NCBI GenBank assembly: GCA_965261255.1
Contig: CBDHCQ010000004.1
Span: forward strand, 78,597-142,596
Reading direction: 5' to 3'
Source: Rhodothermales bacterium
GTDB lineage: Bacteria; Bacteroidota; Rhodothermia; Rhodothermales; Bin80
Length of the DNA stretch: 64,000 nt
The position numbers and the translations under genes were made by a program. Shown in pieces: positions 20,277 to 30,152 of this stretch. The notes beneath the pieces are model-generated. The model did not search any database. It was not told where the DNA came from and was given only the letters and a program-made list of their open reading frames with translations. How positions within the stretch are numbered: the stretch's first letter is position 1; each line of letters starts with the position of its first letter.

Positions 20277-21628
20277 TCGGTACAATCACAGGGAAGTAAA
20301 GTGCTGGAGTATTTTTTTAGATTTGGTTCATCAGCTGTTGATAAGAGCCTGTAAGAAAAATCAGTTTCTGTACCGAAGAAGCCAATGACGGTATTCGCTA
20401 GATTACTCTTGATTTTTCGTTTTTCGGCCACCAGGTCTCGGCCATACTTTTCTTCCATCTTGATCCACCAAGCTATATCAGAGGGAGTTCCGAGAAGTGT
20501 TCCAAATCCGGGCACTTTGTCATTTTTCTCTTTCTCCATACTCTCACGAACATTCCGTAAGTTTGAAACACCTTTTAAAAAACAATAGACGCAGTTTGAA
20601 AGACTTCCTTGTTGGGGTAGCGAAAGGTCCCAAGGTTGCTGATCCCAAAAAGCATTTACATTCTTTCGGGTAATTCCCAGATCTGCCAAGGGCATATAGA
20701 CATGCTCTCCGGTATATCCTGAAGCCCCCGGACCAGAGTTTCTGGCGAAAACGCGGCGAACCCGAAGTTGCTCATCGCCCCTAAGTCCCACAAATGCAAT
20801 ATACTCAACTCCATCTTTTCCGAACAAAGTCTGTTTTTCGGATGTCTTGGCTGCTAGTTTAGAATTTTCAAATGGTCGCCAAGAGGAGGAATAATCAATG
20901 TATCTTTGTTCTGGACGGAAATATGGTCGAGACAAAACAAAAGCTTTTTTTTTCGCGAAAATACTTTTCGGAACTCCGCCACGATGCCGTAGATGACGAC
21001 GATACATTGAATCAAGATCTATCCTAGAACGATTCCCATAGTGGCCCAGCCGTGGGATTGATTCCCGTCCGACCAACCAGTCTTTCAAGAACATGCGTGT
21101 TGTTTCCAATTTCATATTTGCAGTGCAAATCCGAGAGAACTGGTTTGGAACGTAGCCTGACCAAGAAAGAAGCTCTTCAAATACTTCTCCGCGCCAGTGG
21201 AATCCATCTTGATTCTGGCTTGAACGTGGACGCTCGTTCACAATACGGTAGGTCGGCAGGCGAGTCCATTCGCCATTTCGGGCATCTTCGTAAGTTTGAA
21301 ACTCAATCCAAAAAAACGGTATCCCGTACCGAGTTGAGGCATCCTTGCAGTCTCTTGCAAATCGGTATGTTTCCGGGTGTTCAGAAGATGTATTGTTAAA
21401 AATAATAACATCACCCCGATCTTGATCTAAGATCTTATTCGCCAGAAGCGTAAAAAGTAGCATTCCGCTGGTACGACCACCTGAAAACTTCACGATGTGA
21501 GGCAGATCCTGATGGTGTTTGGCACGATACCGGAGAAGGTGCATATTCGAACCTCCAACAGAATTCCGGGATTGGCCTCGGGTTTGAATTACAAGGTGAG
21601 GTACGGAACGCAATGGTCTAGAGAGCAT
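20273..21628 (-). CDS. PAPS-reductase-family PP-loop ATP pyrophosphatase (DndC/SspD-like by context)
   Basis: PP-loop KFSGGRTSGMLL (nt 21467-21484). Cys motifs SNCVYCFLKG and C-terminal LLPCDCTE. First gene of the operon. An alternative start is the ATG at 21544 (MHLLRYRAKHH). Confidence 0.85.
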   Translation of the reverse strand: MLSRPLRSVPHLVIQTRGQSRNSVGGSNMHLLRYRAKHHQDLPHIVKFSGGRTSGMLLFTLLANKILDQDRGDVIIFNNTSSEHPETYRFARDCKDASTRYGIPFFWIEFQTYEDARNGEWTRLPTYRIVNERPRSSQNQDGFHWRGEVFEELLSWSGYVPNQFSRICTANMKLETTRMFLKDWLVGRESIPRLGHYGNRSRIDLDSMYRRHLRHRGGVPKSIFAKKKAFVLSRPYFRPEQRYIDYSSSWRPFENSKLAAKTSEKQTLFGKDGVEYIAFVGLRGDEQLRVRRVFARNSGPGASGYTGEHVYMPLADLGITRKNVNAFWDQQPWDLSLPQQGSLSNCVYCFLKGVSNLRNVRESMEKEKNDKVPGFGTLLGTPSDIAWWIKMEEKYGRDLVAEKRKIKSNLANTVIGFFGTETDFSYRLLSTADEPNLKKYSSTLLPCDCTE

Positions 21629-22077
21629 TGATGTGCGAGTATTTATTCAGACTTCCCTGACGGAATTGCCAGTCAATGGGGGGCAATGCGAGGGTGAGAT
21701 ATCAGTGGGAAGATTTTCCGTGTGCCGGAGTACAGGTTGAAACCATCGTGCATAATGCAAAACCAAAGAGATAGGGGGATGTTTTGTTGAAGCGGGGCAC
21801 ACAAGTTTTCGTAATGCGATTGGTGTAGACTTAGCCGAGGCTAGGTTACAGAACGGACAGCCATTTGGGGCATTTTACCGATACTGCAAAGCACCTAAGA
21901 CAAAGTTCCACCGATCAAATGTGACGGAGGTTCCTCTGTATTCTGCGCGTATATCCGAGCAAAGTCTCGTCAAGAGGGCAGATTCATCCAAAGACACACT
22001 CGTCTGCCGTCTCCCATGGGATCCTAGGGGCATCTGCTACAATTATATTACTTTGGGAGTATCTACGGATGTAGGAG

Positions 22078-22464
22078 CTACTGCCACTCTTCCACTTTCG
22101 TTATCGTGACTTCCTCACCATCAATGGAGCCATGAAATGACAATCTCACATCCAAACGTTTGAACTTCTGCAGAAAATCCTGAAAGGATAGCTCGAGAGA
22201 GAGTTTCTTTAGAGGTATCGGTTTGCCCTCCAGACGGGCATCATTCATGTTCCGGCCGCCTTGGCCCTCAAAAATGAATACTGATAGAGACGCACTCTTT
22301 TCCACCCGATAGTACTGAATCCCACACACCACATCGTCTTCACCGAGTTTGCCTTCCTTCTGAAGCCACGACCTAATGTCTTCTTTGACATAATCATCCG
22401 CAGCGACGGTTCCTTTCCAGTCATCGTACTGCACGTTGGCTACAAATCCTTCTGTGCATTCCAT
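22078..22464 (-). CDS. hypothetical small acidic protein (128 aa)
   Basis: Clean ORF with an ATG and no competing long ORF. Same strand as the five-gene operon and 450 nt upstream of it. No recognisable motif. Confidence 0.45.
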   Translation of the reverse strand: MECTEGFVANVQYDDWKGTVAADDYVKEDIRSWLQKEGKLGEDDVVCGIQYYRVEKSASLSVFIFEGQGGRNMNDARLEGKPIPLKKLSLELSFQDFLQKFKRLDVRLSFHGSIDGEEVTITKVEEWQ

Positions 22465-23159
22465 AATAATTCAGTATTTCTGAGCTAGTCGGACGCCCGT
22501 GAACGTGTAGTCGCCCTTAATTGTTTCTTTGGTCACGGATATCCCGGTAGCATTTTAAGGGTAATGCCAAAAAGCGAATGAACGAGAATACTGATATTTG
22601 GCGATTCGACGCCAGCGTAGTCTGAGTTTGCATTCGTTTGGCGTGTCAATTTAGGAGTTGAGCGAGGGTTGGAGGCGTATCTGAGCTGGCGCTTTCTGTG
22701 TAAGCCAGTATGGATCTGATTTCGGCCAGGATATCTGGCAGGGCTGGCCTTCGTTCGGATATATTTCGGGCCTATTTGGCGGGGCTGAACCTAGTAGGAA
22801 CACTCCCCCGGAGGCGAGTCAATAGCGGGCGGTGCTGGCACTGCAGTCCGCTACCAAACCCGCTTACGCTGTAGCAGCAAAGGGGGGAGACTTCACTGCC
22901 ATCTCCAACGCTGGCATGTGTTGGTCGGGTGAGAAAATTCCTGGGGTGGGCCCCTGAGCCCCGCTCGATCGTGTTCAAGAGGTATTACCATCCCGACTAC
23001 ACCGTGACCCTCCGAGATGAGTACTGAAATTCATCGCGGCCCAGACCCTCGTGTCTAGCGAACATCCATACCGGATCCTAGAAGGGTCGCCCACGTGGTC
23101 TCGATCCAAGTGACAACTACGGCTAGAGTTGGGTCTATAACCAGGGGGGACTAGACCGC

Positions 23160-23987
23160 TTGGTCCAATCCGCTTCTTCGAGAATTGACTGCCGTACGCG
23201 CAAACGAAGCGGACGCAGATGTGGTGTACACGAACCGGCATGTCTCCATGGATGGCGGATTCTCTTGGACAGACCGCGAGACCCCCGATTCATTCCAGTT
23301 TCGGAAGCGAGACCGGGTGGTTTCCCACCCCTAGGATCCCTCGATCATTTTCGTATGCATGTCGGGCGGCCTCGCCCGGCGTGACGAGTACCTGCAGCAC
23401 CACACGTACCTCTGACTACGGCTATTGCAAGGACCTGCTGGTATTCCCACAGGACCCGTAACGGATATGGATGGGAACCGACAAAGGGTTACTGAGTCTT
23501 TGGATGCAGGAGAGACATGGAGCAGGCAAAATCGCGGGCTGCCGAACGTTCCCATCACACGAATCACCACCTCGCATGACCGGGAGGAGCTACCGGTGGT
23601 CACTCCCGGTCGCGGACTGTTCGTCGTAGATGCGAGCGAAGTGGAAGGCATCATGCCCCCAGACCGGGTCAGCATCGAAGAGGCAGGCGTGTCGGTGCCC
23701 CGCGAGATACCGACACGCCTGTCGTACTACCCGAATCCTTTCGCAAGTTCGACGTCCTTGCAATTCACGACTCAGCAGTCGGCAACGGTGCGCCTGGAAG
23801 TGTTTGAGGTGCTGGGGAGAAGGATCAAAACCGTTGTTGACCAGCGCTACATTAGGGGCGAGCACCTAGTTCGGTGGAACGGCGGCGCCTTGTCGGCGGA
23901 GTGTACCTTGTGCGGATGGAAGTAGACGGCCGACAAGCAGAAGTGAGAAAGATGGTGCGGCGGAGGGGATATATCACCCTTGAATAG
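23160..23987 (+). pseudogene. decayed BNR-repeat protein with T9SS C-terminal sorting domain
   Basis: BNR-like SxDxGxxW motifs occur in different frames: VSMDGGFSWTD around 23240-23275 and SLDAGETWS around 23495-23520. The T9SS tail YYPNPFASSTSLQF...VRLEVFEVLGRRI has a further frameshift before GGVYLVRMEVDGRQAEVRKMV, ending at the TAG at 23985-23987. Confidence 0.55.
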
Positions 23988-24960
23988 GCAGCAAATCTTG
24001 ATGGACTTGTGCCTAGTGAGCGAGAATACTATACTAGTAGAATGCATGAGTTGTCTATCGTGGGGGTCGCCAATAACACCAACAAAATGAACCCCATAAT
24101 GGGGAATTACAAATTAGACTAGTTATTTAGCCAGAGAAAAAGTGACTCCGCCTGGCTAACATGATACAAGACGTCTAGAATTAATAGCACCGCTGATCAA
24201 ACAGGCCGTAGAATGGGGATTGGCATTAAAGCATAAGACCGACGTTCCTGGCTTCACATTGTTACTCCGGCCCTTTTGGTTGGAGATGCTTTCCAGGAAG
24301 TATCCTGCCGACAAGGCGCGTGCCTTATGTTTCAGCCATCTATACGGAACAGTTACGGACTATTCTAACGCGATTCTGAGGCTGATCGAAGATTTTTACG
24401 GAAGCGTTTCATTCGGCCACTCCGGTCTGTCATGGAGACGTGCACCAAGTGCCATTGCATTTCAAAAGGCATGAAGAGTCGCAAGACCATCTGCCACGAC
24501 TTCATTGCGATCAGCCATACGGCGGAGATATACAACTTGTGGTCCAGGGAATACAGCCTAAGACAAAGAAGCAACATACCATCCATGGTAGAAGCGTCAA
24601 AGGAACGTTTAGAGCGTCTTATGTCATCACCCCGAGGAAAAGAAGTAGAGCTTTCCGCGCTTAATCCCGCCCCCGTGAAAAATCTGAAAGAACGATTCAA
24701 GACATTTCCATGGCCCTTTGCCTGGGTGAATCCAAACTCAATGAAGGACAAGAGCATTGCATCCATTTTTGAGGATGCGGGCATGCAGTGGTGTGGGTAA
24801 GCCAAGAGTCCTTCGGGGGAATAGGTCCGTCCAATTGGCATTGGCTGGGGCCTAGCGGTCCGTTGATGGAGATACAACTTAGCATGAATAAAAAATAATT
24901 ATAGCACATATTACCCATTAAATAACAGAAATAGAATACAAGTAACGAAAAAATACTTAA

Positions 24961-26122
24961 GGAAACTCTGATTTATGTTGGCGAAACTCACTATGTTACG
25001 ACATCCAGATATCAATGATCAACGTGCCATGAGACAACTCACTTTCGAGGACGTCACCTACCTCAACCGTTCGCGCAAGACGCGCAGGCAGCGTTTTCTG
25101 GAAAGGATGGATCGTGTTCTGCCATGGGATACCTTCCTGGCCATACTGAAGCCGTACTACCCCAAAGGCGAAAGGGGGCGTCCTCCAATTCCCTTGGAGA
25201 CGATGCTGCGTATTTACTTTATGCAGCAGTGGTTCGATTTGTCAGACCCGGCAGCGGAAGACGCGGTCCATGATATTTTTCCGATTCGGATGTTTGCGAA
25301 GGTGCAACCGGGCTATGCGCCGGATGAGACGACGATCTGCAAGTTCCGGCACTGGCTGGAGGAGCATGGACTGACGAAGCAGTTATTACGGGTCAGCAGT
25401 CGGCATCTCGAGAAGCACAAGATCCTGGTGCGAGAAGGCACGATCGTGGATGCCACCATTATTGCGGCGCCATCGTCAACCAAGAACAAGGAGCGCAAGC
25501 GCGATCCAGAGATGGCCTCCACGAAGAAGGGCAACACCTGGCATTTCGGTATGAAGGCGCATGTGGGTACAGATACGCAAGGGTTGGTGCATACGGTGGA
25601 GACGAGCGCAGCCAATGTGCATGACTCGGAGATGATGTCGGCGTGTCTGCACGGTGAGGAGGAGGTGATCTACGGGGACAAGGGCTATGTGAGCGAAGCC
25701 GGAAAGACCCAAGCGGAAGCCTGCGGGGTGACTTGGCGTGTATTGCGCAAGGCCACCCGAAAGCGCAAGCTCAACTGCGCGGACCAATCCTTCAACCGCA
25801 AGAGTAGTCGGACCCGGGCCAGAGTCGAACATGTCTTTGGCGTGATCAAGCACCAGTGGGGCTTCCGCAAGGTTCGCTACCGAGGGTTGGAGAAGAACAC
25901 AGCCCAACTGTACACGCTCTTTGCGCTTGCCAACTTCCATATGGCCGGCGACCGATTACTGGCCTTACAGGGATAGGTATGCCCTGTAAGCACAGATAGG
26001 GTACTTTGGGCCTTCTTCCCGAACTGTTTTACCAGAATTCAGACCAAAATCGCACATCAGAGGCACCACTAAACCCATTTTGGACTGGATTTGCAAATAA
26101 CATCGCGTTGATCAGACCTTCC
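24961..26122 (+). mobile_element. IS5-family insertion sequence (1162 bp) with 4-bp TTAA target duplication
   Basis: The left end ggaaactctgattta and the reverse complement of the right end ggaaggtctgatcaa match at about 12 of the first 17 positions. TTAA lies at 24957-24960 and again at 26123-26126. Confidence 0.8.
25029..25976 (+). CDS. IS5-family DDE transposase
   Basis: MRQLTFEDVTYLNRSRKTRRQRFLERMDRVLPW...GRPPIPLETMLRIYFMQQWFDLSD...IVDATIIAAPSS...YGDKGY. Intact frame. Start at ATG 25029. Confidence 0.92.
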   Translation: MRQLTFEDVTYLNRSRKTRRQRFLERMDRVLPWDTFLAILKPYYPKGERGRPPIPLETMLRIYFMQQWFDLSDPAAEDAVHDIFPIRMFAKVQPGYAPDETTICKFRHWLEEHGLTKQLLRVSSRHLEKHKILVREGTIVDATIIAAPSSTKNKERKRDPEMASTKKGNTWHFGMKAHVGTDTQGLVHTVETSAANVHDSEMMSACLHGEEEVIYGDKGYVSEAGKTQAEACGVTWRVLRKATRKRKLNCADQSFNRKSSRTRARVEHVFGVIKHQWGFRKVRYRGLEKNTAQLYTLFALANFHMAGDRLLALQG

Positions 26123-26327
26123 TTAACTTTTTACTATATTGTTACGGAAATAGCAGGAGGTGACTGTTGCACAGGCTATCAAGATTGACCCTTGGAATGT
26201 TCTTCTCCAAAATTTCGACGCTTTTTTCAACTGCCTTCTTGCGCTCGGGTACGCCATCAACTGACTTTGGTACCGTGCCGAAGGGGCGCATGTCCGCTGG
26301 TTTCTAATTCTAACTTAATCCTGTAAA

Positions 26328-26621
26328 ATGATGTCTGCTCTCTCCGCCCTCAAAATCGCCAAAAAATTGCTTACAGTAGCTGCCATACTCGTAGGCGTCC
26401 TCATTCTTCTAACTAGTGTCCAACCTACGGATGCTGGACAAGAGGAAGGCCCGACTTGGGACATGGATGTTCGCCATGGCTGCATTTATGAAGACCGTTA
26501 TGGGAATTGGGATGTTGACATGACTTGTGTTCGTGCCCGTTGTCATGGCACTGGGAACGACTGTACATGGCAGTGGAGAGGTGGCTGTTTCAAAATTGAT
26601 GGAGGCTACTGCTTTGATTAA
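26328..26621 (+). CDS. secreted or membrane-anchored cysteine-rich small protein (97 aa, 6 Cys in the C-terminal ~55 aa)
   Basis: N-terminal hydrophobic segment LLTVAAILVGVLILLTS, followed by a Trp/Cys-rich region HGCIYEDRYGNWDVDMTCVRARCHGTGNDCTWQWRGGCFKIDGGYCFD. Located 81 nt upstream of the propeller gene. Confidence 0.55.
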   Translation: MMSALSALKIAKKLLTVAAILVGVLILLTSVQPTDAGQEEGPTWDMDVRHGCIYEDRYGNWDVDMTCVRARCHGTGNDCTWQWRGGCFKIDGGYCFD

Positions 26622-26702
26622 CCTCCTGCCGATATTGTCTGTGGAAATTTGTTTCAGCCGACTGAACCTAGCATAGCTTTCTATCAAGCGAGCCTTCACT
26701 AA

Positions 26703-27731
26703 ATGAACCGCAGTACGCTCCCTTTTATCATGGTTCTCTTGATTGCCTGCTCAACGCCAGATATTTACGCACAAGAGAGACCTCCTTTCCAGTTGAAACA
26801 TTTTGAGAGAATTCGCACGATCAAGTTTGATAATCCAGATACGCTGCTAATAGCTGCTATTGAGCACATGGATGTTGATTCAAATGGTCGGTTGCTCATA
26901 ACCGACTGGCTGGGACGGCAAACCTTGCTGTTTGACTCAACCGGTACACTGCAAGCTTCTCTGGATCCATCAACTTGTCACCCGGCGTTTCCTTCTGATC
27001 CTACTGCTGCTAAGTTTGGGAATGATGAGTTCATTTTCGTCGAAAACAATTCGGCAGGCTATTGGGGCTACCAATTCACGGCCGAAGGTGTATGCCTGGG
27101 ACGTGCTGATCCCAGTTTCAGTACCCCTAAGTTCTTCGACGTTGATCCGGACGGGATGATTTACGGTGTGGGAGCTCTGAGAAAGAGAACATTGATACGT
27201 ATGAACTCCGCTGGAATTGTACTTGCGGAATTTCCACTGCCACCGGTTAAGTTTCCCAACGCCGAATTTCGCTATGCTCAGGGTGGCCTCATTGCTGATG
27301 GAACACATATCTTCTACGCTTCAGCCGGCACTCTTGATATACTAAAATTAGATCCGAACGGCACACTGGTAGACAGGATTTCCGAGCGTAATTCATGGTT
27401 CCGTTCACTCAATAAAGATTTACCTGCTGATGCTGGGCAAGTTTTTTCAGCCTTGAGGGACATTCGGGGGACGACCATACGGGATTTTTTCGAACTCACA
27501 GACCAAACCATCATGGTTCAATACATTGACCGTGATAAAGGAACCGGTTATCAGGTTTTCACCAAGGACGGTGTGCTGCTTGCTGAGGAACTCGGCCTGA
27601 ATACACTGTTATTCTTGCATGGAGCAAATGGGGTCGCTTACAAAGTGGTTCAACCTTCCATCGACAGCAGTGGTGAGTTACCCAACCCACACCTTGAGGT
27701 TTATCAGTTTATCACACCTCAATCTAGGTAA
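26703..27731 (+). CDS. 6-bladed beta-propeller-type lipoprotein
   Basis: Lipoprotein signal MVLLIACSTP. Repetitive blade-like segments (DVDSNGRLLITD, DVDPDGMIYGV, LDPNGTLVD). Paralogous to 4228..5328. Confidence 0.7.
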   Translation: MNRSTLPFIMVLLIACSTPDIYAQERPPFQLKHFERIRTIKFDNPDTLLIAAIEHMDVDSNGRLLITDWLGRQTLLFDSTGTLQASLDPSTCHPAFPSDPTAAKFGNDEFIFVENNSAGYWGYQFTAEGVCLGRADPSFSTPKFFDVDPDGMIYGVGALRKRTLIRMNSAGIVLAEFPLPPVKFPNAEFRYAQGGLIADGTHIFYASAGTLDILKLDPNGTLVDRISERNSWFRSLNKDLPADAGQVFSALRDIRGTTIRDFFELTDQTIMVQYIDRDKGTGYQVFTKDGVLLAEELGLNTLLFLHGANGVAYKVVQPSIDSSGELPNPHLEVYQFITPQSR

Positions 27732-27733
27732 TT

Positions 27734-28345
27734 ATGTCGACTCCCATAAAAGCTGAAATATTGAAAATCGGTGCCTTAGCTGTGCTCCTAGTCTTTGGAA
27801 TCGGTTATCTGTTAAATATGGGGGACGTACGGCCGGAAGGTCCAGTTGCTGCGCTCAGCCCAGAAATAGATGTCTCCACATTAGACTCGCTTAGATCGGT
27901 TCTCGAAGAACATACGCTCCCGAATTTTCGTGCTCATAACGTCGCGACTGATCAACAAGACAATATTAGTACGACTGGCACAGGATTGATCATTCTGATC
28001 GCAGGGACCACTTGTGTTCAGAGGCAGGCTGAAATATTAAGGAAAGTTCAGGTGTTGCATGATACGATCGGAGAAAATGTTCTATTACGGGCATTGATCG
28101 TAACTGATCTTGACGCAGATGCTACCCGAATGCAAGCTCTACTATATCGAAAGGCGATACGCCCAACTTTCCAGCTTTGGTATACCAATGATGTGAATCC
28201 TTTGCTGCAAACTGTTTTGTCGAGGCATTTGGAGCCAATCCTGTTAGTTGATAATCACATGGTACGTAACGTATTTCATATCGGACAGAGAAATCGTATC
28301 GTACGTGCTGTTTCGCAATTGTCTGCCCCAGCTTCGCTGAAATAG
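27734..28345 (+). CDS. membrane-anchored protein, possibly thioredoxin-fold-like (single Cys, no CxxC)
   Basis: Starts 2 nt after the propeller stop. TM helix ILKIGALAVLLVFGIGYLL. LIILIAGTTCVQRQAEIL sits where redoxin-like proteins carry CxxC. The fold call is tentative. Confidence 0.4.
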   Translation: MSTPIKAEILKIGALAVLLVFGIGYLLNMGDVRPEGPVAALSPEIDVSTLDSLRSVLEEHTLPNFRAHNVATDQQDNISTTGTGLIILIAGTTCVQRQAEILRKVQVLHDTIGENVLLRALIVTDLDADATRMQALLYRKAIRPTFQLWYTNDVNPLLQTVLSRHLEPILLVDNHMVRNVFHIGQRNRIVRAVSQLSAPASLK

Positions 28346-28353
28346 TGTGTAAC

Positions 28354-29502
28354 CTATCCAACGGTCAAGACCGACCGCACCCATTCAATCAAACGTAGTG
28401 AGGACGCAAGCGTGTTTCGGGGCGCACGACTATAATGATGTTCTTCACCAGCTCGGGGAGCCAAGGGGCGGCTCAGTGCTCCTAATGTCCTGTGTGTATC
28501 ATACCGCTTTGGCTCTCTATCAGGCTTCCATAACCCGTCTTCGTCAATTCGGTATAGCGGTTCGTTGATTGGTTCTTCATTTTTCCGTGAAAGGCTTATC
28601 TCTTCGATGACCGGCATAGGTATAGAACTTCAAAGTTTCAATTAATCCAGTGCAACAAAGCGAGCACTTGGCGGACTGGATCTACTTGTCCATACAACCC
28701 ACTCCGGTGCAGGATCAGTGTCTTGCCCACATCCCGTATGAGACACCCTGCGGCCGAACGGTTGCAGTACATCAGTTTGGGATGAATCCGCATCAATATA
28801 GTGTGGGCCTGCGTCAATTCCGGGAGTGCGAAGATGTGCGTGATGGCATTCCGAATACGCGACCGGTCCAAAAAGTAACTGACGACTTGTTCGTAGCGGT
28901 GCACTTGGCTGAACTGCTGACAAATCTGGGGCCCCAGATACTTAAGCAGCCTGTGTGCAAGCGCCACCGTTCCAACGGTAGAACAAAGCACGCCCCGTTC
29001 TTGGCATAGCCCGCGCCCCAACAGGTCCTGGAACAGTTGCTGCATCGCTACAATATCTTGCACAGAAGCCTCCACAAAGCCCAGAATCCGGTGATAGCCC
29101 CCAACGATCGCTACTAGACAAAGCACCAGCGGACGCCCCTATACATGAACGGCATCAATCCACAGGACTACCACCGTCTCCGCACGCAAACTGTGCGTCT
29201 CAAGCACTTCAAGCACTTCCATCCGAACCCCACACGACGGCGCCTCATCGTCATACTCCTACAGAGCAACCACTTCGGTGCCTGTACAGGAACCTCCGCT
29301 GAATTTCCATCCGTAATATCGTCCTTTATCGAATCAATCGCCTCCGTCGGTAAATGAAGTCGCGGTTCGATATCTAGGATGTGTGTCAGGTCCTGGATCA
29401 ATTCGCCAAATTGACGCAAAGCGTCATTCGTAGGGCCTGACCCATCTTCCCAGCCTCGCAGAGCATCTGGTCTAACTCACAAAACTCATCTGATCTGAGC
29501 AT
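28354..29502 (-). pseudogene. decayed IS256-family (mutator-type) transposase
   Basis: Fragments lie in at least three frames: LDQMLCEAGKMGQALR / GELIQDLTHILDIEPRLHLP (N-terminal), LLGRGLCQERGVL...QICQQFSQVHRYEQVVSYF (corresponding to the DG..GL...fP..QRC.vH..RN region), and NTLASSLRLIEWVR (C-terminal). Total length is about that of a full transposase. Confidence 0.55.
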
Positions 29503-30152
29503 TATGCTGGTATAGTAAGGCTCTCCTTGACAAGGCAGAGCTTGTGGGGCGCCATGTTTTCTGCAATTTACGTCATGATTCCGGGTTCGGAATCAGACGG
29601 AGCCGTTGATGTGGATGATGCTAAAACTGGCGACTATGAGCACTCATTTCGAATTGGTCAGATTAGGAGTCCTTATCTGTTGAATCAGCGCATATACGGG
29701 ATAGCTACAGATACAACCGCAGTTGTATACACGATGGGATGAAACAGACCCCGGAAGAAAAACATATTTGATGGAGGCGATAAGTAGAGTGGCGTGCTCA
29801 TGTGATGTTGCCATCACGCTCATTTTGTTTGCTGAGCATACCCTTCTATAAAGAATTGGAGGAGAGGTGGAGTATCCTGCAAAGCTCAATACGTACAGTG
29901 GTCGCGGTTGGTAGCCGTTCAATTCCGTTGTTTTCGCCGCGTTGGAAGTTGCTGGCTCAATTTGTTGATTCAGAAGGGACCTGCAAGGATCGCCAACATG
30001 CCGGGCTAGTCCTATAAGGGACGGATGTATGCGACTGTTGCGCAGGTACGTCTTCGTTCAACTGAACTGATTCACAGCGTGCTCCGCCCATTAGGCTTAC
30101 TTTTGGGCACAGTGATTGTAGCACGGCCACGGCAAGTTTTGCTAAGCTCCGC

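Noticed and set aside
24220-24877. ORFs 24220..24474(+), 24432..24800(+) and 24365..24877(-) in the AT-rich stretch left of IS5
   Set aside because: The frames overlap each other and none has a recognisable motif, so I cannot decide which, if any, is real. They may be relics of a gene disrupted near the IS5 insertion.
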